NCBI GenBank assembly: GCA_045644345.1
Contig: JAZRGR010000225.1
Coordinates: forward strand, 15,146-79,145
Reading direction: 5' to 3'
Length of the DNA: 64,000 bases
From: Faecousia sp.
Lineage (GTDB): Bacteria; Bacillota; Clostridia; Oscillospirales; Oscillospiraceae
Both the position numbers and the translations under genes were made by a program. The notes beneath the pieces were generated by a model that saw only the letters and a list, made by a program, of their open reading frames with translations, was not told the origin of the DNA and ran no database searches. Numbering within the stretch: the first letter of the stretch is position 1; the number at the start of each line of letters is the position of its first letter. Shown here in pieces: positions 17,606-28,292 of this stretch.

Positions 17606-20600
17606 TTAAGATGCAAAATACTTTAGGGCACTGTCGCTGTAAGCAAAGAGTGCTTTGCATAGGTCACCTAAGGCACCGGTCTTATTGGCTCCATAGGTAT
17701 CTGCACTGTATTGCAGAGATTGAGATACGGGAGTAGTACCGTCATAGACCTGTACAGTGACAGGGCTACGCAATTCGGCTGCTAAGAGGCCATGGAAGGA
17801 GAATGCAAAGTGTCCCTCTGTTGTGCCATAGGGCTCCGGACTAGACACAAGGACGTCCTTTTTCTGCCCCATATAATCGGTGTAGGAGACCTTTAGTACC
17901 AGATCCGATGCATGGTCGCTCAGGGAACCGGCTTGGAAGATGAACTTTAGAGCGATCTTGGAATTCAGATCTAAAGACTTGCCCAACCAGGTAACAGTGG
18001 GGTTCGATATGTCATTCAGAGTTGCATTGGTGTTGCCGAGGATCACGGTTTCGAGGTTCTGAAGCCGAGTAAGATCCTCTGCGGTCATAGAACTGTCTGC
18101 GAGGGCATCGGTACGGTAATTCTTGAAGATCTGTGCAGATGCACCGTAACGGAGAAGCTGGGCACACACGTCTTTTAAGCTACCCGGTGCATCGACCTTT
18201 CTGAGCTGAGAATAGGCGTAATCAGCGATAGAATAGTCATCTGCGGGAGACTGATAGAGCTGACCATTCTTGCATCCGTAAATAACGGAACAGAAAATAT
18301 CATTCATCTGCACCGCTGTGAGACCCTCAAGGGTAAAGTAGTAATAGTAGCCTCGATCTACCGGGAGGAGCTTTATGGTTTTGGTTCCGATTTTACTGTT
18401 ACCCTCATAGATACCAAGCTCAGTGAGAATATATACTGTATCCGGATCAAATCCTTCCAATAGCGTCTTGCTGACGGCCAAATTGACGGAAATATCACTT
18501 GCAAGGTTCAGTGTGTGGTTGATTTTGAGGGTACTGTCCTCTATGGCATGTCCCGGATCGGCTGCACCACAGATACAGGTACCGTCCGTATAGTTGTGAG
18601 CTTCAACCTGAGATTTGGTGCAACGGCTGCATTGGATGATGTGATCGTCTCCGCGGTCTACATAGTGCATGTCATGGCCCAAACGGGGTAGGATCTCACG
18701 TTCTGCAAGGATTTCTCCACAAAGGTTACACAGGGAACCATCAGACCAACCGGAACCGACACATGTGGCAGGACAGCCGGGGACGACCTCAGGGCTGTGG
18801 CCCAATGCCGGTACTTCTGTGGGTACAGTCAAGATGGCCTCACACACAGTACAGTAGGAACCTTCGCTCTTTCCGGGTGCAGTGCAGGTGGGGGGAACAG
18901 GGGCAATGGTGGCAGGAGCGTGTCCCTCGACGGAAATAGAATCCAAATAGCTGTAGCCACAGGCACATAAGAATTCTTTCTGTCCCTCGTTGGTACAGGT
19001 AGAGGCGGTTATGATTCTTTCGGTATAGCTGTGAGCCTGTCCGGCGAAAGAAGCGTAGACGGTCATGGCACCTTGAATGCTGGTCAGATCGGCGAGGCTT
19101 CCGTCTTCTGTGATCCATCCTGCAAAGCTGTAATGGTTCTCTGCGTCATAGGATTTGGTAGGTGACTCACCATCATAAACAGCGGTTCCTCCCGGTGCTA
19201 CAGTCTGCTGTTGCAGAACTGTGCCGGTTTCATCGGCGAAGGTGACAACGGCGGCGGTGGGGCTCTTCTCCATAGGTCCAATATAAATATAGTCAATGAG
19301 GAATTCTGCATATTTGCCCGAGGCACTGGTCATGTTCTGGAACTGTGGATGAACCAGCGTGATCCAGTCGGAGGCAAGATATTCCGGATCCGTAAGGGGG
19401 AACTCCAAGGTGAACCAGCCTTGATCTACATAGTCTGCCAGAGTGAACGCAATGGGGATGTGCGTCCAGGTACGGCTGGAGCCGTCGGCAATCACAAGGC
19501 TGTTAGATCTGTCAATGTTCATGCAGAAGTTGACGATTCCGTTATCCGTGGAAGCAACAGCATTGTTGATCTGAATGCGAACCTGCAGAATATCGTTCTG
19601 GCCGGGGACGAAGTGAAGAACCTTGGCTTTGTCTTTGATGCTACGGACGCTGTGGCTGGTGTCGTAATTATAGTTGGGGATAGACAAACGAAGGACGCCA
19701 TCGGAAATGGAGGTCAGGGGAGAAGCATCATAGGGAGTCCAGTTCTTGGGATCGTCAAAGTTCAGATAGTTGTAGGTGAAGCTGTTGTAACGCTCACGGT
19801 CATCTTCGGTATTTTCGAAGCCGAAGAACAGGTAATCTTCTACTTCGGGGAAGAATTCTTCCGGTCCGATGTAAAGATAGTCTATGGAGAAGGTGGCGGT
19901 TGCACCGCTTGCGGACTTTATATCTACGAACTGGGGATGAACAAGATTGATATAACGGATCTTGTTATACTCAGCGGTGTTTAAGGGGAAGCAGAGACTT
20001 ACGTAACCCTTTCCAACCACATCCTCTACCCGGAAGCTCTGTTCAAAACGGGTATAGAGCTTGCTTGCATCGGCGGAATCGTCCAAATCGTTGGGACAAT
20101 CCACATCCAGCCGGAACTTTGCCATACCGTCAGCGTTGACCGCAATAGCATTGTCGATCTTGAAGCGGACGAGACAGTAGTCTGTGTCCTTGGGGAAGTA
20201 GTGGAGAGGACGGTATGCCCATTGATTCTTAGCACTTCCCTGAGGACGACTGTGGATACCCACAGAGGTTACGTTCGCTCCGGAGGGAGAGAAACTAAGG
20301 AAACCGCGAGTGATGGAGCTTGCGGTTGTGTTACTCTCACTGTCCCAATTTCCCTTTAGGTCAAAGTTCACACCACCGTACACGGGGCTGTCATATCTGG
20401 CCTGTGCCAGGGTATCGTTGATGAAGTCGAACATCAAATAGGGATCGGACAGAGCAGGGTAGTTCGGTGCCGTGCGGTTGGGAGTGGTGGAGGTCTTCAG
20501 CAGTTTTTTAGCTGCAGAGACGCTTTCAATGGTAATGGTTTCGGTTCCCAAGGTCAGATAGGAACCGCTGTAGGTGTATTCCGGATGCTCTACGTCACAG

Positions 20601-22870
20601 GAAATCAGAGTGGGGAAGTTGGGATTGCTTACATTGCCGCTGTCATCGGCAGGGAAGAGGTTGTGATCATAATAGTGACCGGAGATCAAGAGGCTGATGC
20701 CCATTTGATTCAGAATGTCGGTCCACTGGGCATAATCTTCCATGAGGCCCGGAGTGTTGATTCTGGTAATGGGGTAGTGACAGAAGGCAACTCTGGTAGG
20801 GTACTCCTTCCATTTCCCCTCAGCAAGGATCTCCTTCAGCCATTGAGTCTGTTCCTTACGGTGGGTCTCATAATCGACGGTGCTACCGTAGGCACTGTCG
20901 CTGTCTGCTTTGTCTTCGCCGGAATCCAATACGATAGCGAAGAAATCGGGCTGTTCAATGGTGTAATAGCTCTTTCCTTCAGGACCGGAGGGAGCGACCT
21001 CAGGCAGAAGATAGGACTTAGAACCTCGAATCTCACGGTTTCCACGGGTGAAAATGACGGGCTTTGTACCCTGGGTTAATGCACTTGCGGTGTCCAGAAG
21101 GAGTCGCACATTTCCTTCGCTGTTACCGTTGTTTCCATAGTCTCCACCGACAAACAAAGCGTCAAAGGACTTATATGCACCTACATTCTTTGCTTCGGTA
21201 GCAAGGCTACGGAAATCGGACAGACACAGGATTACAGGCTCATCTTTGTCTGCCATGGGGGTAAAGGGATAGGTGCGACTGACGGTGCTTCCGTGAGTGG
21301 GAGAATAGGCTTCTCTGTAGACCATGGACTGGTAGCTGACAGTATAGCTACGAGCGGTATCCAAAGCAACTCTGGGGACACGGATGCTGTGGTACTTGCT
21401 GGTATAGTTCATGAGGCCCATATCCTGATCGTAGTATTTCGTGCCTCCAACGGTTGCCCATGCCATACCGGTAGACTCTGTGGTGAAGATGATCTGGTAG
21501 CTGTCTTCTACAGCGAATACCGTGGGATGGAGAACATAGGGAGAAGAAATAGAAGGAACGGAAGCTTTGGTAGCGGGAGTAGAAATAACCACTACATTCT
21601 TGGACGTGGTGAGATCTATGTCGCTGTCCGTGTTGGGGGCCACATAGGCATTGGTGAAGACGGGGACGATTTTCGTTTCCTTCGCAACAAGATCATTTTG
21701 AACATTCTCGATTTTATATTCCGTAGGGGAGACTGTTAGGAAGGTGCCGCTGTAGGTACAGACATCGTTTTCACGGTCTGACATAATCAGGGTGGTAAAG
21801 TTGGGGTCTGCTTTATTTTTGCCGGAATTGGGGCCGTTTACAGCGTAGTTGTGCTTATGGCCGCAGACAAGGAGACTGATGCCCATTTGATCACAGAGAT
21901 CAGCCCATTCCTTGTAGGTGGACTCAAAGGTGTCCTGGGCGTAGAAGCTAAAGGGGACATGAGCGAATGCCATACGAACGGGATATTTCTCCCATTCACG
22001 GGAGGCAACGACCTCACGTAACCATTGGGTTTGGGCTTTTCGGTAGGCTGTAAATTGGACGGTTCCGCCGTATTCGGAGTGGCTGTCCACCTTGTCCTCA
22101 CCGGCATCCAGGACGATGCCGAAGATCCCGGGAAGTGTTACGGTATAATAGGGGCCTGTCTTATCACTGTAACCGGAGACACGGTAGATGTCCTCACAAT
22201 TGGAGCCACGGATCTCGTGGTTGCCACGGGTATAGATGGTGGGCTTTCTGCCCTGGGTCACGGCTCCGGTCATGTCCAGCAGGAGCTTAATGCCGGAATC
22301 ATCCATAAGGGTGCTGATATAGTCTCCGCCGAAGACATAGACATCGAAGCTTCTGGTTTTGGCAATCTTTAAATTGTTGGTGTTGGTGCCGTGCTGATCG
22401 GAACTGCAATAGAATACAGTGTTTCTATCCTCGGGGATTGGATCAAAGGGATAGGTGCGGCTGACCATAGAGCCGGGAACGGGATCGTAGGAGGGGCGAT
22501 TAGACAGGGAACGGAAACAAATGGTGTAAGAGTCTGCGGCATTGAGTACAGACTGAGGAACAGTGATCTTGTGATACTTGCTGTTCCAGCGGACAAGACC
22601 GTTTTGGGAATCTTGGTAGTTCACACCATTTACTTCTACCCATGCGATACCTGTGGCGTTGGTTGCAAAGGCGATCTGATAGGTATCCTCCACAATAAAT
22701 ACTGTGGGATGAGTAGTGAAGGGGGAAGAAATGGAAGGCACGGAGACAGCGGAGGTTTGTTCCTGTACCTCGGTTACCTTAGCCGCAAATGCGACGGAAG
22801 GAAACAGGGACAGGAGCAAACAGAGGAGCAGTGCTCCGCTTACGAGAATACGAAAAAGCTGGGGCTTCAT
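17606..22870 (-). CDS. Secreted multidomain metallophosphoesterase, tandem paralog of 12650-17554 with an expanded Cys/His repeat linker
   Basis: Signal peptide ending VAFA-A; SSDQH, GGDY, RGNHE, CGHKH; long near-identical stretches with the neighbour (SVPSISSP..HPTVF.VED.YQI). Confidence 0.8.
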   Translation of the reverse strand: MKPQLFRILVSGALLLCLLLSLFPSVAFAAKVTEVQEQTSAVSVPSISSPFTTHPTVFIVEDTYQIAFATNATGIAWVEVNGVNYQDSQNGLVRWNSKYHKITVPQSVLNAADSYTICFRSLSNRPSYDPVPGSMVSRTYPFDPIPEDRNTVFYCSSDQHGTNTNNLKIAKTRSFDVYVFGGDYISTLMDDSGIKLLLDMTGAVTQGRKPTIYTRGNHEIRGSNCEDIYRVSGYSDKTGPYYTVTLPGIFGIVLDAGEDKVDSHSEYGGTVQFTAYRKAQTQWLREVVASREWEKYPVRMAFAHVPFSFYAQDTFESTYKEWADLCDQMGISLLVCGHKHNYAVNGPNSGKNKADPNFTTLIMSDRENDVCTYSGTFLTVSPTEYKIENVQNDLVAKETKIVPVFTNAYVAPNTDSDIDLTTSKNVVVISTPATKASVPSISSPYVLHPTVFAVEDSYQIIFTTESTGMAWATVGGTKYYDQDMGLMNYTSKYHSIRVPRVALDTARSYTVSYQSMVYREAYSPTHGSTVSRTYPFTPMADKDEPVILCLSDFRSLATEAKNVGAYKSFDALFVGGDYGNNGNSEGNVRLLLDTASALTQGTKPVIFTRGNREIRGSKSYLLPEVAPSGPEGKSYYTIEQPDFFAIVLDSGEDKADSDSAYGSTVDYETHRKEQTQWLKEILAEGKWKEYPTRVAFCHYPITRINTPGLMEDYAQWTDILNQMGISLLISGHYYDHNLFPADDSGNVSNPNFPTLISCDVEHPEYTYSGSYLTLGTETITIESVSAAKKLLKTSTTPNRTAPNYPALSDPYLMFDFINDTLAQARYDSPVYGGVNFDLKGNWDSESNTTASSITRGFLSFSPSGANVTSVGIHSRPQGSAKNQWAYRPLHYFPKDTDYCLVRFKIDNAIAVNADGMAKFRLDVDCPNDLDDSADASKLYTRFEQSFRVEDVVGKGYVSLCFPLNTAEYNKIRYINLVHPQFVDIKSASGATATFSIDYLYIGPEEFFPEVEDYLFFGFENTEDDRERYNSFTYNYLNFDDPKNWTPYDASPLTSISDGVLRLSIPNYNYDTSHSVRSIKDKAKVLHFVPGQNDILQVRIQINNAVASTDNGIVNFCMNIDRSNSLVIADGSSRTWTHIPIAFTLADYVDQGWFTLEFPLTDPEYLASDWITLVHPQFQNMTSASGKYAEFLIDYIYIGPMEKSPTAAVVTFADETGTVLQQQTVAPGGTAVYDGESPTKSYDAENHYSFAGWITEDGSLADLTSIQGAMTVYASFAGQAHSYTERIITASTCTNEGQKEFLCACGYSYLDSISVEGHAPATIAPVPPTCTAPGKSEGSYCTVCEAILTVPTEVPALGHSPEVVPGCPATCVGSGWSDGSLCNLCGEILAEREILPRLGHDMHYVDRGDDHIIQCSRCTKSQVEAHNYTDGTCICGAADPGHAIEDSTLKINHTLNLASDISVNLAVSKTLLEGFDPDTVYILTELGIYEGNSKIGTKTIKLLPVDRGYYYYFTLEGLTAVQMNDIFCSVIYGCKNGQLYQSPADDYSIADYAYSQLRKVDAPGSLKDVCAQLLRYGASAQIFKNYRTDALADSSMTAEDLTRLQNLETVILGNTNATLNDISNPTVTWLGKSLDLNSKIALKFIFQAGSLSDHASDLVLKVSYTDYMGQKKDVLVSSPEPYGTTEGHFAFSFHGLLAAELRSPVTVQVYDGTTPVSQSLQYSADTYGANKTGALGDLCKALFAYSDSALKYFAS

Positions 22871-22923
22871 AGTGGTGTTTCCTCCTTTAAAATGGTTGAG
22901 TAGGGGGGCTTTTATTAACTTTT

Positions 22924-23024
22924 ATCATACCATACAGGGGGATAAATTACAAGGAATTTCATAAGAAGCCCCGGGAGAAAATTGCAAAATAGGGCTGGAC
23001 GAATGAGGATTTTTGGAGTATACT
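22924..23024. promoter_or_regulatory. Divergent sigma-A promoters (phosphoesterase pair on minus, pullulanase on plus)
   Basis: Minus: TTGTAA-N17-TATGAT with extended -10 TG (22952 to 22924). Plus: TGGACG-N17-TATACT (22996-23024). Confidence 0.65.
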
Positions 23025-23046
23025 GTGTTACATATCTTTCTGAAAA

Positions 23047-25011
23047 GTGAGGAACAGGATGATGGATATTTCTTACTATAGATCCTATTTTGACAGTGAG
23101 GAATTTGCCTCCCGATACCACTGCGATTTGCCCTTGGGTTCCTTTGTAACCGAGAAAGGGACTTTATTCCGCCTTTGGGCTCCCACAGCCCAAAGTGTGC
23201 AACTGAGGCTCTATAAAGAGGGGGGCGGAGGAGATGCGGTAGAAGTTCTTCCTATGCTTCCCGGTGAGGCAGGGATATGGTATTTGGATCATGAGGAGAA
23301 TCTGGAGGGATTTTATTATGCATATCTGCTGTATGTAGATGGTCGGGAATATCTTTCTCAGGATCCTTATGGGAAGGCCTGTGGGGTCAACGGTCAGAGA
23401 TCTATGGTCTTAGATCTATCTAAAACAGATCCTGAAGGATGGGCTCAGGATAAGGCACCGCAGAACGGCTCTTGTCAGATCATATATGAGATCCATGTGA
23501 GAGATTTTTCCCGGGATCTTCGGGGTGGTTTTGCGGAACAGGACAGAGAAAGATTCTCGGCCTTCTGCCGTTCCGGAACGACACTGAAAGGAAAAGAGGA
23601 TTTCTCAACGGGATTGGATTACTTGAAACGACTTGGAGTTACCCATATTCAGATCCTTCCTATGTATGATTATGGCTCTGTGGATGAACGTTGCCCGGAA
23701 TGCTCCTATAATTGGGGTTATGACCCGGTGAATTATAATGTGCCGGAGGGGAGCTACGCTTCGGATCCTTACGACGGTGCGGTACGGATCCGTGAGCTGA
23801 AGGAAATGATCCAAGCGCTTCATGCAGCGGGATTCCGAGTGATCATGGATGTGGTATACAATCATACCTATAATTTGGAGTCGCCTTTGTTTAAAACTGT
23901 GCCGTGGTATTTCTATCGACAGAATGAAGATGGGACCCCTGCCAATGGTTCCGGCTGCGGAAATGACATTGCTTCTGAGCGATCCATGGTGAGTCGGTAT
24001 ATTTTGGACTCTGTACTCCATTGGACGGAGGAATATCACATTGACGGATTCCGCTTTGATCTCATGGGGTTGCTGGATCGGGAACTGATGGAATCCATTC
24101 AGAGAGCGTTAGAGCTGCGTTACGGCATCGGAGAAAAGCTTGTATATGGCGAACCTTGGAGTGCAGGACCTACTTGTGAACGGGCGGGGACGATCCTCTG
24201 TCATAAAGGGAGCTTAAAGAGCATCGACCCTTCCATCGGTGCCTTCTGTGACGATACGCGGGATGCGGTGAAGGGCAGCGTTATGGATGCAGAAGATACC
24301 GGATTTGTAAACGGTGGGATGATTTCTGCCGATACGCTCGCCAAGTGCTTAACTGCCTGGGTAGGAGAGCATGGCTACTTCCAAAATCCGGGACAGACGA
24401 TTACATACTTGTCTTGCCATGATGATTGGACCCTATGGGATAAGTTAGTATATACTATGGATCCGAGAAAAAAGTACGGCGAATTGGATGAAAGGATTAT
24501 CCGTGCCAACAAGCTGGCTGCGGCTATTTACTTCTCTTGTCAGGGGAGACTGTTCATGCATGCCGGCGAGGAGTTCGGAAGAACAAAGGAAGGGATTAAA
24601 AACAGCTATTGCTCTTCTGCAGAGGTGAACCGAATCGATTGGAACCGAGCTTGGGAGAATCGGGATTTGGTTGACTATTACCGTGGGTTGATTGCTCTAC
24701 GGAAACAGCTTCCCGGTGTGGTTGATCTCACTGCAACTGCATGCAAACGGCTTCTGTGGGTGGAAAATGAGGGGGCGCATTGTGCAGTGGCCTCTATGGA
24801 TAATCGGGGAGGCGATTCACCCTGGGATCAATTGCTGTTCGTGTTCAACTGTGGTGACGAGTCTATGGAGTATACAGTGCCGCAGCGCACATGGCAGGTT
24901 CTTGTTGATGGAGAAAGCTCTTTCCGCTGGCAGGAGGAACAGATGGGAGAACGATTTACCGTACCCGGTCAGAGTGCTATGATCTTAGGTCTGCGGTCTG
25001 TTTCGGAATAA
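23047..25011 (+). CDS. pulA: Type I pullulanase (CBM48 + GH13), cytoplasmic; start may be ATG 23059/23062
   Basis: FRLWAPTA, YNWGYDPVNY, DVVYNH, DGFRFDLMG, YGEPW, YLSCHDDWTLWD. Confidence 0.9.
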   Translation: MRNRMMDISYYRSYFDSEEFASRYHCDLPLGSFVTEKGTLFRLWAPTAQSVQLRLYKEGGGGDAVEVLPMLPGEAGIWYLDHEENLEGFYYAYLLYVDGREYLSQDPYGKACGVNGQRSMVLDLSKTDPEGWAQDKAPQNGSCQIIYEIHVRDFSRDLRGGFAEQDRERFSAFCRSGTTLKGKEDFSTGLDYLKRLGVTHIQILPMYDYGSVDERCPECSYNWGYDPVNYNVPEGSYASDPYDGAVRIRELKEMIQALHAAGFRVIMDVVYNHTYNLESPLFKTVPWYFYRQNEDGTPANGSGCGNDIASERSMVSRYILDSVLHWTEEYHIDGFRFDLMGLLDRELMESIQRALELRYGIGEKLVYGEPWSAGPTCERAGTILCHKGSLKSIDPSIGAFCDDTRDAVKGSVMDAEDTGFVNGGMISADTLAKCLTAWVGEHGYFQNPGQTITYLSCHDDWTLWDKLVYTMDPRKKYGELDERIIRANKLAAAIYFSCQGRLFMHAGEEFGRTKEGIKNSYCSSAEVNRIDWNRAWENRDLVDYYRGLIALRKQLPGVVDLTATACKRLLWVENEGAHCAVASMDNRGGDSPWDQLLFVFNCGDESMEYTVPQRTWQVLVDGESSFRWQEEQMGERFTVPGQSAMILGLRSVSE

Positions 25012-25053
25012 ACAGTGCCCTATCACGGTGAGTTCATCGTGATAGGGCAGTTT
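25010..25053. terminator. Bidirectional hairpin terminator between pulA and the LacI gene
   Basis: TGCCCTATCACG / CGTGATAGGGCA stem. Confidence 0.7.
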
Positions 25054-25056
25054 GGA

Positions 25057-26055
25057 TCATATGGATCTTGCAGGGCCACAAGAGCTTCGTTGGATCAGTT
25101 GTGCATGGAGGAGGAGAGAGCTGACATGAACATTGTTGATCTGGCTTGTGAGGGCATAAAAAGCACTGCGTCCTAAATTCTCACGATCCTGTCGGATTGT
25201 AGACAGGGGAGGAATGGTATAGCGGCATAAGGGAATGTCATCAAAGCCAATAATGCTGATATCTGTGGGAACGGAGAGACCCAACTCGCTACAATGCACC
25301 AATAAGCTGTGGGCAAGGACATCGTGACTGCAAATTATGGCGGTACAGCCCTGTGCCAAGAGTCGGGGGAAGTGGATCCCCAGACAATCGCTGACATGGT
25401 GTGCGCTTCCTGTCAGATTGGGATCAGATTCTAACCCGTGCTCTACCATGGCTTGGAGGTAGGCGTAGTATCTGCGCTGATAGATGTAGGCGTGAAGCTC
25501 GTAGCTCAAATAGCCGATCTTACGATGCCCCAGATCCTTTAAATATTGGATGGCAATATCCATGCCCTCTTGATTATTGGTGCCGATATAGGTTACATGG
25601 GGGTTGGAACTGACGTGATTATCGTATAGAACCGTGGCAGTGGTGCAGGATTCAAAATCCTTCATCCACGGGTCGTCTCTAAGGGACAGACCCAGGAACA
25701 GCCCACCACAATAGCCCCCCTTGAGCATATAGCTGTCATAGGAGATATCCAACTGCATCTGAATAGTAAGGGGGATCACATCTACGCGGAAGCCGGCAGG
25801 CTCTGCTGCTTTACGGAAGCCACAGACAAGATCATAGCCGAAGTCGTCCGGTCGCTGATACTCCATATTTGTTATAAAGAGAGCGATTTTCTGACCGTTA
25901 CCTCTCTGACAAAGGCGAGAATAGCCTAATTCTACAGCCTTGTCCATAACAGCTTGCCTGGTTGCACTACCTACATCTTTCGCGCCGCTAAGGGCCTTGG
26001 AAACGGTGCCTTTAGACAGGCCAAGGGCCTTTGCAATGTCCTCTAATGTTGCCAT
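25057..26055 (-). CDS. LacI-family transcriptional regulator (332 aa)
   Basis: True start MATLEDIAKALGLSKGTVSKAL behind GGAGG; SIIGFDDIP and LSTIRQD motifs; promoter TTGCAT-N17-TATAAT at 26112 to 26084. Confidence 0.92.
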   Translation of the reverse strand: MATLEDIAKALGLSKGTVSKALSGAKDVGSATRQAVMDKAVELGYSRLCQRGNGQKIALFITNMEYQRPDDFGYDLVCGFRKAAEPAGFRVDVIPLTIQMQLDISYDSYMLKGGYCGGLFLGLSLRDDPWMKDFESCTTATVLYDNHVSSNPHVTYIGTNNQEGMDIAIQYLKDLGHRKIGYLSYELHAYIYQRRYYAYLQAMVEHGLESDPNLTGSAHHVSDCLGIHFPRLLAQGCTAIICSHDVLAHSLLVHCSELGLSVPTDISIIGFDDIPLCRYTIPPLSTIRQDRENLGRSAFYALTSQINNVHVSSLLLHAQLIQRSSCGPARSI

Positions 26056-26256
26056 GTGTATTCCTCCGACTTTCTTTTCCCCGATTATATCACAGGGAAG
26101 GGAAAAATGCAATCCTCTAAGGGATTTATGAAGAAAAAAGTTTCGATTAGTTTCGGAATGGGAGAGGAAGTGCCTGTAGAACATTGTGAATAAATACAAA
26201 AGAGTTGCGGGGAAATTAGTATTTATCATAAAAAACAAAGAATTTTAAATGGATTC

Positions 26257-26285
26257 TTGACGGGATCGGGATTATGCAATATACT
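26257..26285 (+). promoter_or_regulatory. Sigma-A promoter of the debranching enzyme-malL-malQ operon
   Basis: TTGACG-N17-TATACT. Confidence 0.75.
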
Positions 26286-26334
26286 TAGGATGTTACTGAT
26301 ATATTTTCGGAAAATTGCGGGAGGGGAGAGCGTT

Positions 26335-28290
26335 ATGAGATTCTCATATCAAAAAAGTGAACTGCAACGGGTAAAGGAAGCTCAAGGGCATTCCTTCCTC
26401 CTTTGCAACGGGCTGGGTGGATATAGCTCTCTGTCCGCCGTCTTTTCGGCTCCTCGGACGGATCAAGGGCTACTGATTGCGCCTCTGCAAGCACCGGGGG
26501 AGAGGATCAATTTGGTTCACCGACTCAAAGAGCGGTTGATCATCGATGAGAAGGCAGTAGATCTTTCTACACAGCAATTTGCCGATGGTACTATGCCGGA
26601 AACGGGATATCGATGGCTCAGCCGATTTACTTGGGAATACGGACCAATGTGGACCTATCGTGTAGGCGGTGTTCGCGTACAGCGGAGCTGTGCCATGGTT
26701 TACAGAGAGAATACGGTTGCTGTCATATATCGCATGGAGAATTTGACAGATAGGACTTCCGTTTTAGAGATCACGCCTTTCTTTAAGTTTGCACCGAAAG
26801 AATCTGTGCTGAGAGAACGGAAGCATATGTGTCTTAGGAATGGTTTCGTTTCCTGTGAAGAGCACAAGGTGTATGTCCGTACGACGGGAGAGATTGAGGC
26901 TGTTGAGCCAATGTGGCAGATGCTTGCCTATCCCGAGGATGCGAAGGATGGTCGGCAATCCGGTGGATATACCGGAGCATGCTGCAGGATCCTGTGCAAA
27001 GTTCCTGCGAATTCCCATAAGGAATTTGAGCTTGTCTTTTCGACAATAGACCGGCACCGCTCAGGTGCACAGATCCTCCGCCAACAGGAAGTGCGAATGG
27101 AACAGATACTGACGGGCAGTGGTTTAGAAGATCCTGTTGCGCAACAGCTGATTCTTGCATCGGACAGCTATCTATGTCACAGGGCCTCGACGGAAGGTAT
27201 GACGATTGTGGCGGGGTATCCTTTGTTTAGCGATTGGGGACGGGATACAATGATAGCCCTTCCCGGTTGTGCATTGGCTACCGGAAGATTTGAGGACGCC
27301 CGGAGTATACTCTCGACCTTCCTTGCCTATGAACGAGATGGTCTGATCCCCAATCTGTTTCCGGAACGGGGGGAGGAACCACTATATAATACAGTGGATG
27401 CGGCTCTTTTGCTGGTTGACTGTGTGTGGCAATATGCCACTGTGGTAGAGGACTGGAATTTTGCCAGAGAGGCTTGGCCTGTGCTATGCCGGATCATAGA
27501 TGCTTATCAGAGTGGAACACATCATAATATTCATATGGATGTGGATGGTCTGATCTCCGCCGGAGCCGGTATGGACCAGGTTACATGGATGGATGTGTGT
27601 ATTGATGGGATCCTTCCGACACCTCGCCATGGGAAGCCTGTTGAGATCAATGCATATTGGTACAACGCTCTGCGTACTATGGACGATTTGGGGAAAATGT
27701 TAGGGTATGATACGGAAATGTACAGCAGTCTTGCCCATAAGGTCAAACGGTCCTTCCGCAATCAATTCTATATGCCGGAAAAGGGGTACTTGAAGGATGT
27801 TCTTTCCCACACGGAGGCGGATGAGCAGATCCGGTGCAATCAGATATGGGCTCTGTCTCAGAGATATCCCATTCTGGAGGCGGAGGAGGAAGAACGGGTT
27901 CTTGAGACTGTGAGGGAACATCTTCTGACACCCTATGGCCTACGGACCTTGTCACCGACAGACCCATCTTATCGGGGCATCTATAAGGGAAGTCAATACG
28001 ATAGGGATATGGCATACCATCAGGGAACTGTTTGGGTCTATCCTTTGGGAGCCTACTGCCGTAGTTATTTGCGCCTCTGCGGAAATACTGCAGAGGCTGC
28101 CCGTGAGGTCAGAAGGATTTTAAGCAATGTTCCCAATATGCTCAGACAGGGCAGTGTAGGTCAGTTGCCCGAGATCTATGATGGGACAGAACCCGGAGAA
28201 GGCAAGGGCTGCTTTGCACAAGCATGGAGTGTAGGCGAGCTCCTCCGTGTGTACAGGGAGCTTTGTCAGATAGAGAAAGGTGAGGCATAG
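26335..28290 (+). CDS. Amylo-alpha-1,6-glucosidase / glycogen debranching enzyme (GDE_N + GDE_C)
   Basis: LLCNGLGGYSS, AGYPLFSDWGRDTMIALPG, TWMD...TPRHGKPVEINAYWYN, YHQGTVW, CFAQAWSV. Start ATG 26335 after GGAGGGGAG. Confidence 0.9.
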   Translation: MRFSYQKSELQRVKEAQGHSFLLCNGLGGYSSLSAVFSAPRTDQGLLIAPLQAPGERINLVHRLKERLIIDEKAVDLSTQQFADGTMPETGYRWLSRFTWEYGPMWTYRVGGVRVQRSCAMVYRENTVAVIYRMENLTDRTSVLEITPFFKFAPKESVLRERKHMCLRNGFVSCEEHKVYVRTTGEIEAVEPMWQMLAYPEDAKDGRQSGGYTGACCRILCKVPANSHKEFELVFSTIDRHRSGAQILRQQEVRMEQILTGSGLEDPVAQQLILASDSYLCHRASTEGMTIVAGYPLFSDWGRDTMIALPGCALATGRFEDARSILSTFLAYERDGLIPNLFPERGEEPLYNTVDAALLLVDCVWQYATVVEDWNFAREAWPVLCRIIDAYQSGTHHNIHMDVDGLISAGAGMDQVTWMDVCIDGILPTPRHGKPVEINAYWYNALRTMDDLGKMLGYDTEMYSSLAHKVKRSFRNQFYMPEKGYLKDVLSHTEADEQIRCNQIWALSQRYPILEAEEEERVLETVREHLLTPYGLRTLSPTDPSYRGIYKGSQYDRDMAYHQGTVWVYPLGAYCRSYLRLCGNTAEAAREVRRILSNVPNMLRQGSVGQLPEIYDGTEPGEGKGCFAQAWSVGELLRVYRELCQIEKGEA

Positions 28291-28292
28291 GG

